Source of the DNA: Candidatus Poribacteria bacterium
Lineage (GTDB): Bacteria > Poribacteria > WGA-4E > WGA-3G
DNA length: 64,000 bases
Direction: 5' to 3'
Assembly: GCA_965205025.1 (NCBI GenBank)
Contig: CBDBFU010000013.1
Coordinates: 96,001-160,000 of the forward strand
Numbering within the stretch: the first letter of the stretch is position 1; the number at the start of each line of letters is the position of its first letter. Below the pieces are notes generated by a model. It saw nothing but the letters and a program-made list of their open reading frames with translations, was not told the origin of the DNA and did not search any database. The translations under genes and the position numbers were made by a program. Positions 52,434 to 61,290 of the stretch are shown piece after piece.

Positions 52434-53647
52434 TACTTATTATCTTGAGTATTCTCTTTTGGATTTTCTTTCTCAAGAATAGCCATCATGGGAAATCCTG
52501 TATGTTGATCAGTTGCAAGGGTATTCCACTTTCCGTGAGAACTGACTATCACATTATTCAGTATACCTTTGTTTTCATTTAATTGTTTCACATTACCCCA
52601 GTTTGTATAAGTGACCGGTTCGCCACTATGCCATTTCCATTTTCCCTCTTCATCCATTTTACGGAGTCCAATTATATAATTTGCCCCATGCGTGATATTC
52701 CCAATCCATTTTTCTTCGATTTTATCATTGATTGACACAAGATATGCCTTCTCTTCGTTTGATTGGGTAAGAGCATCCTCTATACTGTGACAGTATATTC
52801 TTTTGTAAAGATGACCATTTATCGGATTGCGAATCCACACAGCTGGCGTACTTAGTAATCTATTGAATTCTGCGGAAACACGTTCTGGTGTATTTTCATT
52901 GAAGGGAATCAGTTTATGGTTCAATTTCAATAATAGATGTACTACTGGTTGTCCTACGTGAGGGATAAATGGATCTGATACAGCAAAATAACCGTCACGC
53001 TCAATAGCAATCCTATAAAATTGTGGTTCATCATATACTCTGAGATTCTCAGTAAAATAACCTTCTGAATCTGTATTTCGGTGTCCACGTGATCTTCCAA
53101 ATCTAGACTTGTCTATATCTCTTTGATTAACCGCAATATTGACAAATGTATTTGTGATGGGTGTGCCATCAGAATCAACAACCCTTGCTCGAATTTGCGG
53201 GATTATCTTAGTCTTTACATTAATTATTGCATTCTCTACTCTTGCTCCGGGTTCTAATGAGAATAAAATAAATTCGAAAGGTGGTCTTTCCTCTGGATAA
53301 AGCGTTAGATCCCCTAACTCAATTGATAGTATTTTTGTTTCTGTATCAGCATCTCCGATTAGAATTTTTACAGACTCAGGAGGTATGTTTGTTATGGTGA
53401 ATTTACCATCTCTATCTGTGTGATACTCAATATGTGGCATGATTCTCTGTTCTTCAATTCCCAATCGTGTAAGCTTATATGGACGAATTTCTACCTTGAC
53501 ATTAATTACGGGTTCTCCACTTTCATCCACAATAGTTCCTGAAAATGTTGCTATTTCTTGAGCATTTACCACTGATATTATGATAATAAAGAACATCAAT
53601 ATAAAGATGTATGACGTATTCTTCCAAAAGTTACATTTATATTTCAT
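52433..53647 (-). CDS. Lectin B, copy 2 (intact)
   Basis: Signal peptide, NGHLYK, LVSIND, IGL, W.W.SGEP..YTNW. Confidence 0.85.
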   Translation of the reverse strand: MKYKCNFWKNTSYIFILMFFIIIISVVNAQEIATFSGTIVDESGEPVINVKVEIRPYKLTRLGIEEQRIMPHIEYHTDRDGKFTITNIPPESVKILIGDADTETKILSIELGDLTLYPEERPPFEFILFSLEPGARVENAIINVKTKIIPQIRARVVDSDGTPITNTFVNIAVNQRDIDKSRFGRSRGHRNTDSEGYFTENLRVYDEPQFYRIAIERDGYFAVSDPFIPHVGQPVVHLLLKLNHKLIPFNENTPERVSAEFNRLLSTPAVWIRNPINGHLYKRIYCHSIEDALTQSNEEKAYLVSINDKIEEKWIGNITHGANYIIGLRKMDEEGKWKWHSGEPVTYTNWGNVKQLNENKGILNNVIVSSHGKWNTLATDQHTGFPMMAILEKENPKENTQDNK

Positions 53648-53913
53648 GGTTTATCTCCCGTTTATTTTGGTAGAGGCAGTTGATAATATTATAATTCAAA
53701 GTATGGAAGCATAATCGGGAAGTGGACGAATCATAGTGAACCTACATAGTTTGTGGTATTAGAAGTTTATACATTTGATTAATCCGTATTATTAGTATAA
53801 CTGAATTATAGTAACAATGCCATATCAAAAGATAAACTATGGCATATTCGTTTTGTTAATCATACAATTGGTGACAATTTTGTGTTTAGATTAAATGTAA
53901 AATGGAATCTTTT

Positions 53914-53973
53914 GTAGGAGCGATATCCGAATCGGGAACACAAATACAGTCGGGAATCGGAGTTCCCTCCTAC
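53914..53973. repeat. Inverted doublet of GTAG REP-like hairpins (REPIN-like)
   Basis: GTAGGAGCGATATCCGAATC ... GAATCGGAGTTCCCTCCTAC. Confidence 0.65.
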
Positions 53974-54110
53974 AGAAGAAATGTAATATTGTGAATTACA
54001 TTTGCAACTCTATTTTTCACATACGTGACTTTAGATGTAAGCATGTAGATTTTCTTCATATTTTTTATTTTAATTGGATATCTTTGGTTTAGGAAAGTAT
54101 TGTGGAAATT

Positions 54111-54150
54111 GTCAGAATCGCGGATTACACGGATTACGCAGATTTCACGG
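54111..54150 (+). repeat. GTCAGAATC + 9-bp tandem (GCGGATTAC-like)
   Basis: Second copy at 60693-60734. Confidence 0.7.
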
Positions 54151-54361
54151 AGAAGAAGGTCGCCCAGGGTATGAATGCCATTTTAGCATTCCCCGTACCA
54201 ATGCCTAATATCACTTTTACCAAACTAAAATTTATTTTAAAACTATGGATTAAAACCGGATATATTGATATGATTCCTTGACATGTACGTCTCTATTATC
54301 ATCCTGTTGTTTGAATTCTGGATAAAATGTATTAGCTTTCAGAATCAAGGAGGAATGATTC

Positions 54362-54545
54362 ATGAAAACGATTTTGTCTATCGCAACATATTGACGGGTT
54401 TCGCGGTGATGCCTTCAATGTTGCCGTTTTTGAAGTGGCATTAGGAGATGCTGATGTAAGGAAGTTGTATACGCAAGCTTTGTCTACACTTCAACCTACA
54501 GGAAAACTTGCTGTAACTTGGGGAACACTTAAGATGCAGGATTGA
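54362..54545 (+). pseudogene. Collapsed LamG-like secreted protein gene (start fused to C-terminal tail)
   Basis: AAGGAGG RBS + MKTILSIA, then VAVFEVALGDADVRKLY...QPTGKLAVTW. Confidence 0.6.
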
Positions 54546-54777
54546 GGTGATGACTCTATGTACACAGTAGTTACGAAGAACTATCAGCTCATGTAAGGTA
54601 AAAGATATTATTCCAGAAAAGGGAATTAGAAACCATTCTAAAATGTAAGCGTAAAAAATAATTGATTTTCTACATGTGCACATGTTATATTGTAGAGAAT
54701 GGTAAATCCTTGTTTATGGATTCGTACTGAACAACCTAAATAGTTCGATATGTATAAACTATTGTGCTCAGACAAGA

Positions 54778-55407
54778 TTGGTATTTTTAAATTTGTCAGA
54801 TTATAATAATAATGTCTTTATCAATTGTCCATTTGATGACACTTACAAACCATTATTTGATGCTATTGTGTTTGCAGTTTATGATTGTGGATTTATTAGC
54901 CGCTGTGCCCTTGAAGAACAAGATGGAACAGAGGTACGAATTGAAAAAATATATAGTATCATACGGAACTGTCGTTACGGAATACATGATATATCCAGAA
55001 TTGAAACAGACGAAAATACCAAACTTCCACGGTTTAATATGCCTTTGGAATTAGGTGTTTTTCTTGGAGCAAAGAAATTTGGGAGTGATGAACAAGAGAA
55101 GAAAAGTTGTCTAATATTGGATACTGAACCGTATAGATATCAACAGTTTATATCAGATTTATCTGGACAAGATATTCAATCGCATAAGAATAGTGGTGAA
55201 CAAATAATAAAACTTGTTAGAAATTGGCTACGTACTACATCAAGACGAAAGACTATTCCAAGCGGTAACATCATTTCGAAACGCTATCAAGAGTTTTTAA
55301 AGGACTTGCCTGAAATGGCTCAAGAGTGTAAATTAACTGTTGACGAGTTGATTTTTAATGACTATACTGAAATGGTATCTGAATGGTTAAAAAAGGAAGA
55401 AAATTAA
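54778..55407 (+). CDS. TIR / nucleoside-2-deoxyribosyltransferase-like protein
   Basis: VFINCPFD, YGIHDISR, RFNMPLELG. Confidence 0.65.
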   Translation: MVFLNLSDYNNNVFINCPFDDTYKPLFDAIVFAVYDCGFISRCALEEQDGTEVRIEKIYSIIRNCRYGIHDISRIETDENTKLPRFNMPLELGVFLGAKKFGSDEQEKKSCLILDTEPYRYQQFISDLSGQDIQSHKNSGEQIIKLVRNWLRTTSRRKTIPSGNIISKRYQEFLKDLPEMAQECKLTVDELIFNDYTEMVSEWLKKEEN

Positions 55408-55437
55408 AATATTGAATGGTGTATGGAGGTAATTCAC

Positions 55438-55578
55438 ATGGCAAGACAAAGGACTGTAAAGGATCCACCAAAACGAGGAAATCTAACAAAAGCTCAAATT
55501 AAACGAGCTGTACAAGTAGTTGTTAATAAGAAGAAAAACGCAAAGAAAGCAACGACTTCGTCTCAGAATAAGAAATAA
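55438..55578 (+). CDS. 46-aa highly basic peptide
   Basis: GGAGGT RBS; MARQRTVKDPPKRGNLTKAQIKRAVQVVVNKKKNAKKATTSSQNKK. Confidence 0.6.
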   Translation: MARQRTVKDPPKRGNLTKAQIKRAVQVVVNKKKNAKKATTSSQNKK

Positions 55579-55702
55579 TTTCCTCTGAATATAACCACTT
55601 GGCAATCATACAACGGTTATAGACAATTCAGTTAGAATTTAAAAGATATAGTATAAGTCATCAATTAAGACATAAGACACCAATTCGTTAGACTTGTACA
55701 TT

Positions 55703-55746
55703 AAACAAACGTCAACTGTACCAACACAGTTGACGTTTGTTTTTTA
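55703..55746. terminator. Intrinsic terminator
   Basis: aaacaaacgtcaactgt / acagttgacgtttgttt followed by a T run. Confidence 0.75.
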
Positions 55747-55882
55747 AGTTCATAGTGTATATCCTTTACTAAAAGACTTAACTTCGCCTAAAATCAACTA
55801 AATCAAACAAATTGAAAAGACGTAGGAATAGTGCTACTATATTCATATTGATTCACTCCTTACATACCTAACCTAACAAGTA

Positions 55883-56973
55883 CAGGACTTACGCAGTTTT
55901 AAATTTTATTGAAGGATTTGAGAGTTGATGTTTTAAGTAATCACTCAATAAACCATCTTTAAACTCGTAAATCTTTTGTCCAACAGCACGTACAACACGC
56001 GTCATAAAGACCCATACTTGGAAACTACACGCAATATGATTTCTCTGGGCACGCATCTTACGACATTGGCATTTACCAATACCGGTTACTTGTTTCATCT
56101 CACGATGAAGGAGTTCAATCTTCCAACGGAGACGACACTTTTGGTGAGTCATATCCACATTTGATTGTGTCAAATCGTTTGTCACTATATATTCCGTGCG
56201 TCCGGTATCAGACACAAACCGGAATAACTTTACGACAGAACCTTTCGGAAAGTTTTTGAGATGTACGCGTTTACCGCTTTTCTTTTCTGCTTGAGACCAA
56301 GATAGATCTTTGACTGCCTTGTGAGGTTCTACACCTTTGGTATCATTCACAAGACGGTTTCGTTTCAACGGAACATAATAGATCTTAGAAAGTCTATCAA
56401 TCGCTTTCATCACTTTCATGGACGCATACCAAGAGTCCATCAAGACTGTCCGGAATGGGAGTTGTTTCTTAGAATAAGCATCGTGCAACATATCCAATAA
56501 ATGATCGATTTTGGTTTTACCGTCATGATCTCTGTCAAAAATACGGTAATCAATGACCCAATATTCCCTGTGTCTTAGGGTTGACATAGAGACAGGTGAC
56601 AATACCGATACCTTGAATCACCTTTCTGTCACTACCACTCCATTGAGAGCGTACTATTTCAATCCGTTTAGAATGTATTTTTGACAGCACAACATCATCA
56701 AAAATCAGGTATCCTTCTTCATCAAAGTCGATGTCGTCTTTGACGGATGCCCAGAGTTCACTTGTAGGAATGTTTTCGTCTCTCAGAAAGCGATTGAGTT
56801 GATCGTGGCTCCAACGGTCTGTATGTTTAGCAAAATAAGTTTGTGTAAAATTAGTAAAACTTGAAAACAAATATTGACAATAATCGGAAAATAAGTCTTG
56901 CTTCTTTTTAGAATGTGTAAATGTGTTCATAATCAATAAGAATAACACATTTTGTAATTTTGCGTAAGTCCTG
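55883..56973 (-). mobile_element. IS701-family insertion sequence, copy 2 (1091 bp), transposase frameshifted near 56567
   Basis: Near-identical to 14783-15872; TSD AAGTA; one extra base. Confidence 0.92.
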
Positions 56974-56978
56974 AAGTA

Positions 56979-57092
56979 ATACTATTTCTATAAATTATTG
57001 TCTCATTAGCCGGTGATTATGGTAGTCTTTTTTTAGGTCACAAACTGAAAGTTTGTGGTACAAAAAAGAGACATTTTCAATTAGAAATAGTA
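56979..57092. mobile_element. MITE family A copy abutting IS701
   Basis: Matches 25216-25328; TA flanks. Confidence 0.82.
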
Positions 57093-57130
57093 TAATAGTA
57101 ATCCCATTGACTAAAACCACAGAGGTTAAA

Positions 57131-58789
57131 ATGTCCTACCGAAAAATACTAAAAGAACTCCGCAAAACGTTCCCTCAACCTGTATCAGATAAGATACATG
57201 ATTCATACTTTGTACATTCAATTATGTCTGCATTAAATCAGGTAGATGATCTGAAGACACATTTACCGTTTCTCGGGGATATTATTCCTGCAGACTTTAA
57301 TGTAGCGAAAAAAACAGAATTACCGGAATACATGTCCACTGTTGAGGAAGTTACAACTGAACTGGTGGGTTACCTAAGAGGTATGACGATATTTGGACAT
57401 CCTCGAACCCAACAAAATGTTATTGCTCCAACGACGATCCCCAGTCTTATCGGAGTACTTCTTGCATCTCTACACAATCCTAACATGGGATGGGATGAAT
57501 ATAGTCGACTGGTGGCATTAGCGGAAGTTGAGGTCGTAGGAATTACATCACAATTGGTTGGATATAATCCTGAACAATCAGGTGGTGTGTTTACTTTTGG
57601 CGGTACAGGAACAACCCTATACGGTGTGAAAATAGGATTGGAAAAAGCATGTCCAGAAACAATAAAGAAAGGAACACCTGAGGATGTGGTTGTATTTGTT
57701 TCTGATACAGCACATTACTGCGCGTCAAATATCACGGGATGGTTAGGAATTGGGACTGATAATCTTATTACGATACCAACCACAGTAGAAAATGAGATAG
57801 ATCTCGCTAAACTTGAGGAGAGTTTACGAGAGGTATTGAAAGATGGTAAGAAAATCGCAGCAATTATTGCCACGATGGGGACAACCGATGCATTCGGATT
57901 GGACGATTTATTGCAGATCGTTGCAATGCGGGAAACACTCGTTGATGAATTCAAACTTGATTATAAACCACATATTCACGCTGATGCTGTGATAGGATGG
58001 GCATGGTCAGTTTTCAACGATTACGATATAGAGGAAAACACCCTTAATTTTCGTCCACGCACTATTCGCGCTATAGCGGGTGCTTGTCGACGTATCCAAC
58101 ACCTACACTTAGCTGATTCAATCGGGATTGATTATCACAAAACAGGTTTTACACCTTATATTTCAAGTCTTGTTCTTGTGAAGGATCAAGCCGATTTAGA
58201 TATGTTGAAACGTTCCCCAGAACAGATGCCTTACCTATACCATTATGGTCAATACCGTCCCGGTATGTATACACTTGAAACATCCAGAGCAGGAACAGGT
58301 GCACTTGCGGCACTGGCAAATCTACGATTGTTCGGACAGGAAGGGTTACGTGCGATTCTTGGACACATCGTTGAAATGACACAACTCTTACGTGAACATT
58401 TAGGCGGTCATGCAAGCACAACAGTGCTAAACAGTGGTAATTTTGGAACTGTTACGCTCTTCCGGGCATATCCGTTGGGGATTGATACATTTGAAATTAA
58501 ACGACAAGAATTTGAAGATTCAGCATATCGGGAGAGTTTACTTTTACACAATGAATACAATAGAGAAGTGTTCCAATATGTAAATGCAGAGGCGATGGAG
58601 GGACGTGGGGTATTTATCTCTACAACGGATTGCTATCGAAAGACGACATACGGTGAACCGATTGTCGCTCTAAAGTCTTATATCCTATCTCCGTTTGTTG
58701 ATGAGGATGATGTGAAAATGGTGGTTGATAAGGTCTTAGAAGCCGGTGAGAAAGTTGGTGAAAGTGTTAAACCTGATGATAGCAAATAA
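57131..58789 (+). CDS. Group II PLP-dependent decarboxylase
   Basis: FTFGGT, AHY, GTTD.FG.D, HADA, DSIGIDYHK; start MSYRK (the ORF-track upstream extension lies in the MITE). Confidence 0.85.
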   Translation: MSYRKILKELRKTFPQPVSDKIHDSYFVHSIMSALNQVDDLKTHLPFLGDIIPADFNVAKKTELPEYMSTVEEVTTELVGYLRGMTIFGHPRTQQNVIAPTTIPSLIGVLLASLHNPNMGWDEYSRLVALAEVEVVGITSQLVGYNPEQSGGVFTFGGTGTTLYGVKIGLEKACPETIKKGTPEDVVVFVSDTAHYCASNITGWLGIGTDNLITIPTTVENEIDLAKLEESLREVLKDGKKIAAIIATMGTTDAFGLDDLLQIVAMRETLVDEFKLDYKPHIHADAVIGWAWSVFNDYDIEENTLNFRPRTIRAIAGACRRIQHLHLADSIGIDYHKTGFTPYISSLVLVKDQADLDMLKRSPEQMPYLYHYGQYRPGMYTLETSRAGTGALAALANLRLFGQEGLRAILGHIVEMTQLLREHLGGHASTTVLNSGNFGTVTLFRAYPLGIDTFEIKRQEFEDSAYRESLLLHNEYNREVFQYVNAEAMEGRGVFISTTDCYRKTTYGEPIVALKSYILSPFVDEDDVKMVVDKVLEAGEKVGESVKPDDSK

Positions 58790-58851
58790 GATTCTACTGC
58801 TCATTCTTACTCAGAAGTTTCCATACTGAATTATAGTTTGCAGGTGGAGCA

Positions 58852-59879
58852 ATGACATATCTACCAGTTGGAAAACTGAAACACGACTTTTTGAAAGAAA
58901 TCCTCCCGAAATGCGGTGTCAATACAGGTGTTATTGTTGGACCGCAGATTGGGGAAGATGCCGCAGTGATGGATTTCGGAGAGAATTATCTCGTTGCAAC
59001 TTCTGATCCAATCACATTTGCAACAGAAGATATTGGATGGTATGTTGTTTGTGTCAATAGCAATGATATTGCAGCGATGGGAGCGACCCCAAAATGGTTT
59101 CTGGTTACGCTTTTGTTACCTGAATCTGCGGACGACAGCAGCAATGGTTCAGAACATTATGGCACAAATTACTGATGCATGTACTCAGTTCAACATTGCT
59201 CTCTGTGGTGGACATACTGAGGTGACACCAACCGTAACACAACCTATTGTCATCGGACAAATGATGGGTGTTGTTCCTAAAGATGCTTTAGTCACTTCAT
59301 CGGGGGGGTTGTGTTAACGATGATTTGATCCTAACAAAAGGATTAGGTATTGAAGCAACGGCAATCATTGCGCGTGAGTGTGCTGAGCAATTAATGGGTA
59401 AATACGATTCCAAGCTATTGGATCGAGCAAGAAATTACCTAACAGATCCGGGTATCTCAGTGCTAAAAGATGCTCAGATTGCGGTTGAAGCAGGTGGTGT
59501 CCATGCGATGCATGATGTCACAGAGGGAGGGGTTGCAACGGCTGTTCACGAATTGGCAGCTGCTTCTCAGTTGGGTGCTGTCATTCACTCCCACAATCTT
59601 CTTAGCACAAATTCTATGTATAGTGAAGCAACTCGGACGTTATGTGAGATGTACGAACTCAATCCGTTGGGTGTGATCTCATCTGGTGCTTTACTCATTG
59701 CATCTGATCCAGATAAGAGTGAAATGATTCTTCAGGCACTTGGCACTACTGGTATCAGTACAGCAATTATTGGAAAATTAACACCTCTTAATGCCGGTAT
59801 ATGGTTGGCACATGCCCCGAATAAAAAAGATCCGCTTCCCATCTTTGAGACAGATGAAATCACAAAAATCTTCAGTTGA
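58852..59879 (+). CDS. AIR synthase-related (HypE/PurM-like) protein; two apparent +1 frameshifts (near 59131 and 59305)
   Basis: GEDAA, SDPIT, NDIAAMGA.P, GGHTEVT, MHDVTEGG. Confidence 0.82.
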
Positions 59880-60141
59880 TGTGTGAAAAAGTTAATGAAA
59901 GAGAGTAAAATGAAAAAGTTACACTTTTCGTTACATGGTGTGACTTTGTAAAATCGCTCTAATCCCTGTACCGGACTGGGTTTATTGTAATTTTCTTGAA
60001 ATTTAAGAATTTTGAGTTTTGTGTTATTTTCTGTTTTTTCTGATTGTCCTGCCCACTGAAGCCATCCGCTATTTTTTCTATGTCTGATTGTCTTTTTATG
60101 AAAATTTTGTATTTTCATTTCTCTTCTTCCTATTTATTCTA

Positions 60142-60314
60142 ACGTGAGTTTGATAAGACACATTGTAACCTGAACTTTTAGTTAACACCAGAGTGCACAA
60201 ACTGGAAAGTTTGTGCTACAAAGACTATCTTCAGGACAAAATTCTGTTTATCGAACTGACATTTTTTTTTATCAAACTGGCGTTAAATGAAGATTAATTT
60301 TTTTAATTCGGCAA
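60142..60314. mobile_element. Stack of IS ends: MITE with ACGTGAGTTTGATAA ends around a CACAAAC REP, an extra related end, and a lone IS630 end
   Basis: 60142-60262 MITE; TTATCAAACTGGCGTTA; ATGAAGATTAATTTTTTTAATTCGG. Confidence 0.65.
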
Positions 60315-60362
60315 TATACGGGTGGGAAAACCCCACTCTATAAGCGTCAATTTTAGTTAAGG

Positions 60363-60397
60363 ATACACCTTTCGCCCCAGCGGGGCGAAAGGTGTAT
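60363..60397. repeat. Perfect 16-bp hairpin with 3-nt loop
   Basis: atacacctttcgcccc-agc-ggggcgaaaggtgtat. Confidence 0.75.
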
Positions 60398-60499
60398 TAA
60401 TCTGACTTTGATATCAAATTTATTGCCAAAATATATAGCGTAAATGAGAAGAAGTCTGTTAAAAAACTTGCTGATTATGAGAGAAATCTTGACAGTACG

Positions 60500-60583
60500 T
60501 TTCACGGAAACCTTCACGGAGGTAATTTAAGAACGCAGTCGTGGCAAGGGGTTACAGATTTTAACCTATCAATTCTTCGTGAA
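60500..60583. repeat. Second copy of the TTCACGGA element
   Basis: tttcacggaaaccttcacggag identical to 9244; same span to the inverted CGTGAA. Confidence 0.6.
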
Positions 60584-60692
60584 AATAACAATTGTTAATA
60601 TGTGTGTTACGTGTCTGTGGTTTTCTGATTTCCATTCTGTCAGAACTGCCGCTTCTGTAGGATGGGATTCCGATCCCGATTCTTTCGTGTTT

Positions 60693-60734
60693 GTCAGAAT
60701 CGCGGATTACGCGGATTACACGGATTACGCGGAT
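60693..60734 (+). repeat. GTCAGAATC + 9-bp tandem repeat
   Basis: gcggattac gcggattac acggattac gcggat. Confidence 0.7.
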
Positions 60735-60796
60735 AAGAGTGATTTTTCTAAATCATTGTTTTCTGTCAGAATCTAAGCCTCGGTGAGTGACATACG

Positions 60797-60841
60797 AAGT
60801 TTGTGGTACAAAAAAGAGACATTTTCAATTAGAAATGGTAT
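60797..60841. mobile_element. Right half of MITE family A
   Basis: aagtttgtggtacaaaaaagagacattttcaattagaaatggtat. Confidence 0.75.
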
Positions 60842-61290
60842 TACATCTTAAAACATTTATCTAACTAACGTTATATATAAGTTATATAACGACTAAAAAA
60901 TCATTGAAGAATCATAAAAAATAATGGTCCAAATATAACTAAGAATATAATTTGATAAAAACTAAAAATTGGCGTATTATAACTGTATAATTAAGGCAAC
61001 ACCTTGACGCACATATATATGGAGACCACCGGTGCTATAGGGCAAAGATATGGTTATACATATATATGTACTCAGTGGTGTCAATAAAGTCTCCAATCAC
61101 ATAGATATAAGTGATAAGACCGAATTCTACGCAAGGCGACTTTATAGGTGGACACAGACTAACAGTCTATGGGGACGACTCAGATCAGAATCGAAGGATT
61201 CCTACTGGACAAGTAGAAACTTAGTTTAACTTATGAAACATCAACCATTTTTGGCAAAGGTATTGCATTATAACGAAGGGTAAAAGACAA

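Noticed and set aside
47831-53647. C-type lectin genes as DGR targets
   Set aside because: Whole-gene duplication with conserved lectin ends; no RT or template repeat.
33310-59310. Seven +1 frameshifts (ROK, M50B, two lectins, IS701 copy 2, two in the AIR synthase-like gene) as programmed frameshifting or phase variation
   Set aside because: All are single extra bases in short runs within otherwise intact genes, which fits sequencing indels; reads are needed to confirm.
59732-60118. 128-aa minus-strand ORF
   Set aside because: Overlaps a real gene antisense and crosses a repeat element; no recognisable domain.
60693-60734. Tandem repeats as a CRISPR array
   Set aside because: 9-bp units with no spacers and no cas genes.
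61030-61060. c-di-GMP-I riboswitch suggested by GGGCAAA
   Set aside because: No GNRA-capped stem or downstream GCAAA/receptor elements.
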